A DNA stretch of 32,000 bases, taken from the NCBI GenBank assembly GCA_963675515.1, contig OY776328.1, forward strand, positions 2,640,001-2,672,000, written 5' to 3'. Both the position numbers and the translations under genes were made by a program. Positions 1 to 8,212 of this stretch are shown here, one piece after another. A model generated the notes under the pieces. That model was not told the DNA's origin, made no database searches, and saw only the letters and a list, made by a program, of their open reading frames with translations. Numbering within the stretch: the first letter of the stretch is position 1; the number at the start of each line of letters is the position of its first letter. The stretch comes from Coprobacillaceae bacterium (GTDB taxonomy: Bacteria > Bacillota_I > Bacilli_A > Erysipelotrichales > Coprobacillaceae).

Positions 1-299
1 CCCGCAAGAACCAAAGCGCTAGTCGAGGAAATGTTGAAGCTGTTAGAACCGTCTCCGCCGGTACCGACAATCTCCAATACGTCGCCGTCGCTTTCAAAAG
101 CCCGGCAGTGTTCCCTCATGCTTTTGGCGCTGCCGGTTATCTCATCGACTGTCTCGCCCAACATGTTCAAGGCGGTAAGGTAGGCCGCCTTTTGGACATC
201 GCTGGCAACCCCGTCCATGATTTCATTCATGCACTCATACGCCTGATCTGCGCTGAGATTTTGCCTGTTTGTAAGCTGGATTATCGCTTCTTTAATCAT
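1..299 (-). CDS. trpD: Anthranilate phosphoribosyltransferase, N-terminal part (continues beyond the left edge)
   Basis: The reverse strand from ATG at 299 reads MIKEAIIQLTNRQNLSADQAYECMNEIMDG...LEIVGTGGDGSNSFNISSTSALVLAG, which contains the TrpD GTGGDG motif. A GGAGGT RBS lies at 301-310. The gene follows trpE-trpG. Confidence 0.85.
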   Translation of the reverse strand, partial: MIKEAIIQLTNRQNLSADQAYECMNEIMDGVASDVQKAAYLTALNMLGETVDEITGSAKSMREHCRAFESDGDVLEIVGTGGDGSNSFNISSTSALVLA

Positions 300-861
300 T
301 TGTGACCTCCAAAAAATTCTGAATCATCCTTTTGCCGTCAATCGTCAGGATTGATTCGGGATGGAACTGCACTCCATAGACAGGATAGTCTTTATGCTTG
401 ATCGCCATGATGCATCCGTCGTCACTGGTGCCGATGACATCAAGGTCGCTCTTGGCTTCCTTTGCCACCAGCGAGTGGTAGCGGGCAACGATGGTCGGTG
501 TCTTGATTCCTTCAGTCAACGGCGTGTCCTTGAGGATATGCATTAGGCTTGATTTTCCATGCATCAATGCGGGAGCGTAGGTCACTTCATGACCGAAAAC
601 CTCGCAGATCGCCTGATGTCCCAGGCACACACCCAGAATCGGTTTCTTGTCGTAGAAATAGGCTATCGCCTCCTCGATGATTCCAGCCTGATCGGGCCGG
701 CCCGGTCCTGGCGAGATCACCATCGCATCGAAGTCGATTTGTTTGATCTGCTCGAGGGTCAGCTCGTCGTTGCGGATCACCTTGATGTCCGGATTGAACT
801 CGCCGATATATTGATACAAGTTGTAGACAAAACTGTCATAATTGTCGATTAGTAATATCAT
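292..861 (-). CDS. trpG: Anthranilate synthase component II (glutamine amidotransferase, TrpG/PabA type)
   Basis: MILLIDNYDSFVYNLYQYIGE...GVCLGHQAI...QFHPES is a class-I GATase signature. The start at 861 overlaps the trpE stop (ATGA). The longer tracked ORF start at 921 lies inside trpE. Confidence 0.9.
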   Translation of the reverse strand: MILLIDNYDSFVYNLYQYIGEFNPDIKVIRNDELTLEQIKQIDFDAMVISPGPGRPDQAGIIEEAIAYFYDKKPILGVCLGHQAICEVFGHEVTYAPALMHGKSSLMHILKDTPLTEGIKTPTIVARYHSLVAKEAKSDLDVIGTSDDGCIMAIKHKDYPVYGVQFHPESILTIDGKRMIQNFLEVTND

Positions 862-2324
862 TCTAAACCTCCCTGGGCCGTCTCGATGGCCTGGATCACC
901 GCTTTTGCCTTGTTGATGCATTCCTGATACTCGGTTTCAGGCACGGAATCGTAGACAATTCCCGCTCCCGAACATACGTAAAGATCGTTGTTTTGCTTGT
1001 ATGCCAGACGGATCGAGATGCACATATCCATATTCCCGGTAAAATCGAGATAGCCGATCGCTCCCCCGTAAACCCCGCGCCGCGTCTTTTCAAGTTCGTC
1101 GATAATCTGGGCTGCCCGGAATTTGGGCGCTCCCGACAGGGTTCCTGCCGGCAGGACCGCCTGGATAGCATCGAGGGCATCATATTTGTCATCGATGTTG
1201 GCCAATATCGTCGAACCCAGATGCATAACATGGGAGAACTTGATGACCTCAAGATAATGGTACAGCCGCACTGTGTTGAACTTGGCGATTTTCCCCAGGT
1301 CGTTGCGGCCCAGATCGACAAGCATGTTGTGTTCCGCCAGCTCTTTTTCGTCGTTTTTCAGGCTTTCTTCCAGCTTGGCGTCCTCGGCTTCGTCTTTTCC
1401 CCTTGGCCTTGTTCCAGCCAGCGGGAAGGTCGAAACCTGCCCGTTTTCTAGCTTGACCAGGGTTTCTGGCGAGGCCCCTGCAAGCTCCAGCGAAGCCGAA
1501 CCGAAATAGAACATGTATGGCGAAGGATTGGTCGTCCTTAACACCCGATAGGTGTCGAAAAGCGATCCGGTCGCCTGCGCTTTTAGCTGGTTGGCCAGAA
1601 CAACCTGGAAGATGTCGCCTTCGGAGATGTAGTGTTTTGCCTTTTTGACCATGTCGCAATATTCATTCTGCTTGAAGACCGGTTTGAAAGCCGATTTTAC
1701 CTGCAGGTTAGGAATTTTGGCTTTCTTGTTCGAACGGATAAGGTCCTCGATCGCATTGATGTTTTTCACCACCCGATGGTATGAATGGTCGATATCGCAG
1801 GCCTTCACATTCCCGATGATGATGATCTTGTTTTTATAATTGTCGAAAACGATGACTTCATCAAAAAGCATCAAATCGACATCGTTGAAACCTTCGGCCC
1901 CGGTCTTGGTCAGCTCGAGATTCTTTTCATAATAGCTGAAGTAATCATAGGCGAAATAGCCGACCAACCCACCCGTGAAGGTCGGAAAATCCTTGAATGT
2001 GTAAGAGCGGTTGCGGTGCAGGACCTCGCGGATAAAGCCATGGACATCATAACCTTCCTGAACGATTCCATTACATTTTACCTGCTTGTTCAATGCGGTT
2101 ATCTCCATCTTCGGATTGAAGCCTAGAAACGAATAACGGCCCCAGTTTTTCGTGTCGGTGTTGCTTTCAAGCAGGAAGCAGTGGACCGAAACGCTCTTGA
2201 GGATCCTCATCACTTCGATGGGCGTCGTGAAATCACTGAACATTTCCTTTTTGATGGGAACCAAATCGTAATTCTTCAAATCCAGTTTTTTAATTTCTTG
2301 CAATCTTGGAATAATCATCTTCAT
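858..2324 (-). CDS. trpE: Anthranilate synthase component I
   Basis: A chorismate-binding enzyme signature is present (LANQL..., SPSPYMFYF, GTRPRG, GAPK..A..II.ELE...RG.YGGA.GY). I chose the start MKMIIPR at 2324, which sits behind an AAGGAGAG RBS. Confidence 0.9.
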   Translation of the reverse strand: MKMIIPRLQEIKKLDLKNYDLVPIKKEMFSDFTTPIEVMRILKSVSVHCFLLESNTDTKNWGRYSFLGFNPKMEITALNKQVKCNGIVQEGYDVHGFIREVLHRNRSYTFKDFPTFTGGLVGYFAYDYFSYYEKNLELTKTGAEGFNDVDLMLFDEVIVFDNYKNKIIIIGNVKACDIDHSYHRVVKNINAIEDLIRSNKKAKIPNLQVKSAFKPVFKQNEYCDMVKKAKHYISEGDIFQVVLANQLKAQATGSLFDTYRVLRTTNPSPYMFYFGSASLELAGASPETLVKLENGQVSTFPLAGTRPRGKDEAEDAKLEESLKNDEKELAEHNMLVDLGRNDLGKIAKFNTVRLYHYLEVIKFSHVMHLGSTILANIDDKYDALDAIQAVLPAGTLSGAPKFRAAQIIDELEKTRRGVYGGAIGYLDFTGNMDMCISIRLAYKQNNDLYVCSGAGIVYDSVPETEYQECINKAKAVIQAIETAQGGLE

Positions 2325-2336
2325 CTCTCCTTGTAT

Positions 2337-2592
2337 AAAAAAATCCTCGACAGAAAAAAACTCTGCCAAGGACGATTATCAACCGCGGTGCCACCTTGTT
2401 TCATGTTTCCATGCTCTCATGATGCTATCACATCACCGACCTGTTACGGGGTCAGCCGTCATCGACTACTCAAAACTTTTCATCAATGCCCTCAATGGTC
2501 CATTTAATAATCCGCTGCCTGCTTGTTTCCACCATCCAAGCTCTCTTGTAAGGGCGACAATTATTTTTATCTCCACGTCATCGGTTTGTCTA
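2337..2592 (-). promoter_or_regulatory. T-box leader (tRNA-Trp sensing) with intrinsic terminator, upstream of trpE
   Basis: The minus strand carries the T-box core GGTGGCACCGCGG (plus-strand 2381-2395). A terminator follows immediately: TCCTTGGCAG / CTGTCGAGGA stem plus a T7 run (2337-2372). An AGAGAG bulge-like element and AGTA box lie upstream. The candidate specifier is UGG followed by A (plus-strand 2500-2502). Confidence 0.75.
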
Positions 2593-2597
2593 CATCA

Positions 2598-2626
2598 ACT
2601 TTACTGCAAGCGCATAAATTTGTCAA
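2598..2626 (-). promoter_or_regulatory. Sigma-A-like promoter for the trp leader
   Basis: The minus strand reads TTGACA, a 17-nt spacer, then TAAAGT, directly upstream of the T-box leader. Confidence 0.55.
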
Positions 2627-2688
2627 TAAAATAAATCAAATATTTTCAATTTACTTAAATTCAAAATAATGACCTGCATAATTTTCGG

Positions 2689-2718
2689 ACAAAAACAAAA
2701 GGCTGCCGCAGCAGCCTT
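2689..2718 (-). terminator. Intrinsic terminator after the aminopeptidase gene
   Basis: The stem AAGGCTGC / GCAGCCTT has a 4-nt loop and is followed on the minus strand by TTGTTTTTGT. Confidence 0.7.
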
Positions 2719-2723
2719 GTCGT

Positions 2724-4091
2724 TTATGCTTTTTCTAAGAATAATTTGTACGCGCGGTAAGCTTCGTACACATCCACCTTGGAAACGACTTCCATTGGCG
2801 CGTGCATGTTCAACACCGCCACTCCGGCGTCGATGACATTCATATTGTAATTGCCAAGAATGTAGGCGATTGTTCCGCCTCCGCCCTGGTCCACCTTGCC
2901 AAGCTCGGCAGTCTGGAAATTGATCTTTTCCTCATCGAGGATGTTGCGGATCCTTGCCATGTATTCGGGCGCTGCGTCATTGGACCCGGATTTGCCTCTT
3001 GCCCCGGTGTACTTGTTGAAGACCACACCATAACCTAGGAATGCGGCATTGTTTTTTTCGGTTACTTCCGGATACAACGGATCCAAAGCCGCCGACACGT
3101 CCGATGAAAGCATCATCGAATTGCTCATGGCTCTTCGCAGGTCAAGATAGTTGGTGTTGCCCTGTTTTTCCAGGATCTCCCCGACCGTGTTTTCAAAAAA
3201 CAGCGACTGGGCTCCTGTTGCCCCGATCGATCCGACTTCTTCCTTGTCAACCAGAATGCAACAAGATGTGTATTCCGGGTTTTCGACATTCAGGATCGCC
3301 TGAAGCGAGGTATAGGCGCATACCCGATCATCATGACCATAGCCAGCCACCATCGAGCGGTCAAAGCCATAGTCACGGGCTTTTCCCGCCGGAACGACTT
3401 CGATTTCCGCTGAAAGGAAATCTTCCTCTTCGATTCCGTACTTGTCACTGAGCATCTTAAGCACGTTGGCTTTGGTTGCGTCCTTTTCTATGTCCGCCAT
3501 CGGGATCGATCCGAAGGTCAGGTCAAGCTTTTCACCCTCGATCAGCTGGGCCGCCTTTTTGTCCATCTGATCCTGGGCCAGATGGGGCAGCAGATCGGTG
3601 ATTCCCAGTACCGGGTCGGATTCATCCTCACCGATGACGATGTCCACAGTCGTACCATCTTTCTTGATCACAACCCCATGGAGCGCCAATGGAATGGCAA
3701 CCCATTGGTACTTCTTGATTCCACCATAATAGTGGGTGTCAAGCAGGGCGAAACCTTCCGCCTCATATACCGGATTCTGTTTGATGTCCATCCGAGGCGA
3801 ATCGATATGGGCTCCCAGAATCCTCATCCCTTGGGACAGCGGTTTTTGTCCCATGACAAACATGGCAATGTTCTTGTCGAAATTGGTCACATAGAATTTG
3901 TCACCCGGCTCGATTGCAGCCATCTCTTCGAACGGCTTGAAGCCGGCCGCAAGCGCCTTTTTGATCGTCTGTTTTACAACAATCCGTTCGGTCTTCCCGA
4001 TCGAAATGAATTCCTTGTAATCCTCATTGAAATCCATCACATCCTGGAAATTGTTCGAACGGTATTTGTCCCATGCGTTTTTATTATACAT
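2724..4091 (-). CDS. M18-family aminopeptidase (aminopeptidase 1 type)
   Basis: GAHIDSPRMDIKQNPVYE, GYGHDDRVC, VDKEEVGS and MHAP motifs are typical of M18 zinc aminopeptidases. The start MYNKNAWDKY at 4091 sits behind a GGAGGAAATAAT RBS. Confidence 0.85.
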   Translation of the reverse strand: MYNKNAWDKYRSNNFQDVMDFNEDYKEFISIGKTERIVVKQTIKKALAAGFKPFEEMAAIEPGDKFYVTNFDKNIAMFVMGQKPLSQGMRILGAHIDSPRMDIKQNPVYEAEGFALLDTHYYGGIKKYQWVAIPLALHGVVIKKDGTTVDIVIGEDESDPVLGITDLLPHLAQDQMDKKAAQLIEGEKLDLTFGSIPMADIEKDATKANVLKMLSDKYGIEEEDFLSAEIEVVPAGKARDYGFDRSMVAGYGHDDRVCAYTSLQAILNVENPEYTSCCILVDKEEVGSIGATGAQSLFFENTVGEILEKQGNTNYLDLRRAMSNSMMLSSDVSAALDPLYPEVTEKNNAAFLGYGVVFNKYTGARGKSGSNDAAPEYMARIRNILDEEKINFQTAELGKVDQGGGGTIAYILGNYNMNVIDAGVAVLNMHAPMEVVSKVDVYEAYRAYKLFLEKA

Positions 4092-4116
4092 ATTATTTCC
4101 TCCATTTGTTATGGCC

Positions 4117-4145
4117 ATTGTATCATAATAAATGAGCGATTTCAA
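4117..4145 (-). promoter_or_regulatory. Sigma-A-like promoter of the aminopeptidase gene
   Basis: The minus strand reads TTGAAA, a 17-nt spacer, then TACAAT with an extended TGa -10 element. Confidence 0.55.
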
Positions 4146-4648
4146 AATAATAAGCACAACAATCCTGCCTGATTTACATATAACGTAAAGTATTTTCTGA
4201 TATTTTTACAGATAACCTAAACCATGATATTGGTTCCTATGAAATCCTTGCCCACCGCCACAAAACTCTCGAAAACGCATTCCATGTCCGGGTCCACGTT
4301 GACAAAATTCTCAGGAATCAAATGGAGCCCGGTTTGGAAATGATGGTTGTTGCCAGCTACCGGATCATATAAATGCACCATCGCATTCTAATATGGCGAC
4401 CATTACAATAAATGGTTTCATCAGTTATGTCCAATTGCATTAGAAATTACTGGACCGAAAACCTTACCACCCGGAATCGCACCATCATTCTTCACATAAT
4501 TACAGGTGGTGAATCAGAATCTTTCAATAATGTTATGTCTGACTGTGAACGATTCGGCATAGATTTTCCCTATTGCCGGTTCGATGATTTTACAATAGGC
4601 TCAAATTGGCTCGAACCGTTATAATATTGATGAAAGGCAGGAATTGTA

Positions 4649-5560
4649 ATGACCATAAAACAACTCAACTATCTAAGCAAAATTGTCGAATGCAAATCAA
4701 TGACCGGAGCGGCCAGGGAGCTGTTTATCAGCCAACCGTCGCTTTCCAAAGCCATCAAGGATCTCGAAGAGGAACTTGGCATAACGATATTCATCCGTTC
4801 GAGTCAGGGACTGACGCTCTCGACCCAGGGCCAGGAGCTCTTGAATCGCGCCCAGGTCATCCTCGAGCAGACAGCGCTTATAGAAAACCATTTCTCCTCT
4901 GGGACCCGGACCCGCCCCAGATGGTCTATTTCCACCCAGCATTACGCCTTCGTAATCGAGGCTTTCATCAAGACTATAAGTGTTGGAAATCATCTGGAAT
5001 GCCAGTATCATCTGCGTGAGCAGGAGACCCTTTCGATCATCGAGGATGTCTCGAGAGGGCAAAGCGAAATCGGGGTCATCTACCTGAGCCAATTCAACCG
5101 CCCTTATCTTCTCAAACTCTTGAAGGATAACCACCTGACGTTCCACCACCTGATTGAAACCGGGCTTTACGTATTTGTGGCCAAGGACCATCCCCTGGCC
5201 GCAGAGGAAATCCTTAATGTGGATCAGCTGCAGGACTACCATTTCCTGGCTTTTGAACAGGGTGAGCACAATTCCTTCTATCTTTGCGAAGAAATTATCT
5301 TGGACATCAACCACAACAAGACCATCTATGTCACCGACCGGGCCACCTTGTTTGATCTGGTCGTCGGCCTTAAAGGTTACACCATCTGCTCGGGGATCCT
5401 GAATTCCGATTTGAAAAACGATGATATTGTCGCCATCAGGCTTGAAGTTGATGAGAAAATGGTAATCGGCTGGATCAGCCGGAACGACCATATCCTGTCG
5501 GACTTTTCATTCAAATACCTTGAAACACTGGATTCCATCCTCACCCTGAAACCAGCCTGA
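4649..5560 (+). CDS. LysR-family transcriptional regulator
   Basis: The N-terminal helix-turn-helix reads IKQLNYLSKIVECKSMTGAARELFISQPSLSKAIKDLEEELGITIFIR. The length (303 aa) fits a LysR-type regulator with a C-terminal substrate-binding domain. Confidence 0.9.
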   Translation: MTIKQLNYLSKIVECKSMTGAARELFISQPSLSKAIKDLEEELGITIFIRSSQGLTLSTQGQELLNRAQVILEQTALIENHFSSGTRTRPRWSISTQHYAFVIEAFIKTISVGNHLECQYHLREQETLSIIEDVSRGQSEIGVIYLSQFNRPYLLKLLKDNHLTFHHLIETGLYVFVAKDHPLAAEEILNVDQLQDYHFLAFEQGEHNSFYLCEEIILDINHNKTIYVTDRATLFDLVVGLKGYTICSGILNSDLKNDDIVAIRLEVDEKMVIGWISRNDHILSDFSFKYLETLDSILTLKPA

Positions 5561-5586
5561 ACACAAGACAGTTCAAGCTGGTTTTA

Positions 5587-7848
5587 CTATAATTCGTTTC
5601 TGATCTCGATTGTCGCCTGCACCATATTTTCCAGGCTGGCGATTGTTTCTTCAACCCCGCGGGTTTTCAAACCACAGTCAGGATTGATCCACAACTTTTC
5701 AAGTTCTATCTCCTTTTTGATTTCCCTGATCACTCCAACCAATTCGCTGACTGGAGGAACCCGCGGCGAATGGATATCATAGATTCCCGGTCCGACCGCC
5801 GTCTTGAATCTGTCCTGCTTGAGTTCCTTCAACAGTTCCAGGTTTGACCGGCTGGCTTCGAAGGTGATCACGTCGGCATCCATATCATCGATTTGCTCAA
5901 GAATGTCCCCGAACTCGCTGTAGCACATATGGGTGTGAATCTGGGTCGTCGCCCCCACCTGACTGTGGCATAGTCGGAAGGATTCGATCGCCCAATCAAG
6001 ATAGCCCTTGTGCCAGTCTGATTTTTTGAGTGGCAGTTTTTCACGCAAAGCCGCCTCGTCGATCTGGATGATCTTTGTCCCCTGTTCCTCCAGGTAATTC
6101 ACTTCTTTCCTGATTGCCAGGGCCAGCTGCAGGGCCATTTCCTTTTTGGAAACATCCTCACGAGGGAACGACCAGTTCAATATCGTCACGGGTCCGGTGA
6201 GCATCCCTTTGACCGGCTTTGCGCTCAATGACTGGGCATAGGAAAGCCACTTTCCACTTAGCGGTTTCACCCAAGCAACATCACCCCAGATTATCGGCGG
6301 TTTCACTCCTCTTGTTCCATACGACTGCACCCACCCGTTTTCACTGAACAGGTAGCCCTCAAGGTTGTGACCAAAGTACTCAACCATGTCATTGCGTTCG
6401 AACTCCCCATGAACAAGCACATCCAGGCCGATATCTTCCTGGATCCTGATCCATCTACCGATCTGTTCCTTGATAAAGCTCTCATACTCTTCTTGAGTCA
6501 ATTGGCCTTTTCTAAACAGCGACCGCACTTTTTTGAGTTCCCCGGTTTGCGGGAATGATCCGATAGTTGTTGTCGGGAGCATCGGAAGATTGAAATATTC
6601 CTTCTGGCAGGCGGCCCGGTAATCGAAGTCATCCTGCCGGATGAAATCACTCGCGGTCAGGTTCTTACATTGTTCCTGGACCAGGTCATTGATGCAGTCC
6701 CTTCCAGTGAAAAGATCCTGATTCGCTTTGTAAGCCGGTTCATCGCGCCAGTTTTCAACCCGGCTAAGCTGTTTCAACTTCAGCAGTTCATCAAGCTTTT
6801 CCAGGGCAAAGGCGAAGTGTCTTTTGTGATTGTCTTCCATCTCCGTTTCATTGGCCAGGCTGTAAGGCACGTGTAGCAGCGAACATGAAGTGGAGATGAC
6901 AACCTCCTGGCAGTTTTGTTCCAGCTTCTTTAGAAGTTCAAGGCTGGCCTGGTAATTGTTTGCCCAGATGTTCCTGCCATTGACAACTCCTGCAAAAATC
7001 GTCTTGTCCAGATACGGACCGCTCAGGACCAGTTCCCGGTTTTTGGCCCCGTCCACGAAATCCAGCCCCAGTCCGTCGAAATCAAGAGCTATGATCTTAT
7101 CATAGCAGTCGCGCACATCAGCGAAGTATGTCTCAAGCAACACTTTGAGGGCACCTTTTCTTGCCAGCAGTTGTTTATAAATCTGCTCGAAAAGCTCAAC
7201 ATCAGCGTCATCAAGATCCTTAACCAGGGCCGGCTCGTCAAGCTGCACCCACGAAGCCCCAAGAGTATCGAATCTTTCAAGCAGGTCAACGTAGGCTTTG
7301 ATGATGTCATCAAGGAAGTTCGCTCCGGTTTTTGCACCAGTGAAACGGGCCAACTTCAATAAGGTGAACGGCCCGATGATGACCGGTTTGGTTTCGATAC
7401 CCAGCTTATTTGCAGCCAGGTAATCATCGAAGGGCTTGCTGCCTTTAAGAGAGATGTTCGCCTCATCCTCAATTTCGATCTCCTGATAGTGATAATTCGT
7501 ATCAAACCACTTCTTCATGGCAAACGCCTTGACGTCATGTCTTTCGTTTTGGTAGCCCCGGGCCATCGCAAAATATGTGTCCAGTTCACTCAGGTTCAGA
7601 TCCCGGTAGCGCTTTGGAACCAGGTTGAACAGGACCGCCAGATCAAGGAAGTTATCATAGAAGGAAAAATCATTGGAACTGATATGGTCGATCTTACCCT
7701 TTTGGTCTGACCAGTGCTTTTCCTTGATTCCGCTGGCCACTGCCTCCAACTGTTCCTGGTCAATCTCGTTCTTGAAGTATTTTTCAACCGCAAATTTCAA
7801 CTCGCGAAACTCGCCGATTCGCGAAAAGCCGATTACTGAATTTTTCAT
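5587..7848 (-). CDS. metE: Cobalamin-independent methionine synthase (5-methyltetrahydropteroyltriglutamate-homocysteine methyltransferase)
   Basis: The product is about 753 aa and begins MKNSVIGFSRIGEFRELKFAVEKYF. The C-terminal half carries IQIDEAALRE, HMCYSEF and NPDCGLKTR motifs. An AAAGGAG RBS precedes ATG 7848. Confidence 0.95.
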   Translation of the reverse strand: MKNSVIGFSRIGEFRELKFAVEKYFKNEIDQEQLEAVASGIKEKHWSDQKGKIDHISSNDFSFYDNFLDLAVLFNLVPKRYRDLNLSELDTYFAMARGYQNERHDVKAFAMKKWFDTNYHYQEIEIEDEANISLKGSKPFDDYLAANKLGIETKPVIIGPFTLLKLARFTGAKTGANFLDDIIKAYVDLLERFDTLGASWVQLDEPALVKDLDDADVELFEQIYKQLLARKGALKVLLETYFADVRDCYDKIIALDFDGLGLDFVDGAKNRELVLSGPYLDKTIFAGVVNGRNIWANNYQASLELLKKLEQNCQEVVISTSCSLLHVPYSLANETEMEDNHKRHFAFALEKLDELLKLKQLSRVENWRDEPAYKANQDLFTGRDCINDLVQEQCKNLTASDFIRQDDFDYRAACQKEYFNLPMLPTTTIGSFPQTGELKKVRSLFRKGQLTQEEYESFIKEQIGRWIRIQEDIGLDVLVHGEFERNDMVEYFGHNLEGYLFSENGWVQSYGTRGVKPPIIWGDVAWVKPLSGKWLSYAQSLSAKPVKGMLTGPVTILNWSFPREDVSKKEMALQLALAIRKEVNYLEEQGTKIIQIDEAALREKLPLKKSDWHKGYLDWAIESFRLCHSQVGATTQIHTHMCYSEFGDILEQIDDMDADVITFEASRSNLELLKELKQDRFKTAVGPGIYDIHSPRVPPVSELVGVIREIKKEIELEKLWINPDCGLKTRGVEETIASLENMVQATIEIRNEL

Positions 7849-7992
7849 AATGTAGTCTCCTTTGTACAACCCGAATATAGCACAGCAGTCCTGCCCCAAT
7901 CCAATACCGGTTTTCTATTGGACGCCATAACTTTTATCGATAGACAACCTACAAAGACAAAAAACATTGAATTAATCGATAATAATTTCGAA

Positions 7993-8021
7993 TTGAACTT
8001 TTTTTGGATTCATGGTAAAGT
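7993..8021 (+). promoter_or_regulatory. Candidate sigma-A-like promoter of panBCD
   Basis: TTGAAC, a 17-nt spacer, then TAAAGT. This would give a leader of roughly 190 nt before panB. Confidence 0.45.
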
Positions 8022-8212
8022 GTTTGTGGATGGTATTCGTTAGAAACTATACCGTGAAAATCAGGAAAATTAAAACCAAATATGAAACATGCGATACTGC
8101 GTTAATGAGATCAGATGACTTATATAATCAAGGTATTCTTTTTTGTTTGCCAAAATTCCGGTTTTCCCTTATTTCTGTCGAATCCTCTGAAATCATGATT
8201 TTAGGAGGACTT

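Noticed and set aside
4465-4472. GGGTGGTA on the minus strand, resembling the start of a T-box core.
   Set aside because: The rest of the motif (CCGCG) is absent. No terminator or antiterminator and no Stem I elements are nearby.
4217-4605. A possible decayed gene on the minus strand. One reading frame gives protein-like stretches (for example ...NDGAIPGGKVFGPVISNAIGHN and MVHLYDPVAGNNHHFQTGLHLIPENFVNVDPDMECVFESFVAVGKDF...) interrupted by five stop codons.
   Set aside because: Five stops in about 130 codons is what random sequence of this GC content would give. I recognise no homology and there is no RBS. I kept it only as part of the unexplained-spacer finding.
4697-5491. A 264-aa ORF antisense to the LysR gene. 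Similar long antisense ORFs occur at 3582-4172, 9785-10294, 19002-19580, 27948-28409 and 30614-31162.
   Set aside because: Each lies entirely within, or mostly opposite, a confidently identified gene. None has an RBS, and their compositions are low-complexity and not protein-like. They are the usual shadow ORFs produced by codon bias of the sense strand.
8041-8054. An AAACTATA half-site resembling the streptococcal MetR/MtaR Met-box, between metE and panB.
   Set aside because: Only the right half matches; the left half matches 4 of 7 positions by hand. The site lies downstream of the panB promoter and about 190 bp from the metE start.
8012-8212. A 67-codon N-terminal extension of panB in the ORF track.
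   Set aside because: There is no RBS at 8012 and the extension overlaps the promoter -10 element. A strong TAGGAGGA RBS precedes the conserved PanB N-terminus at 8213.
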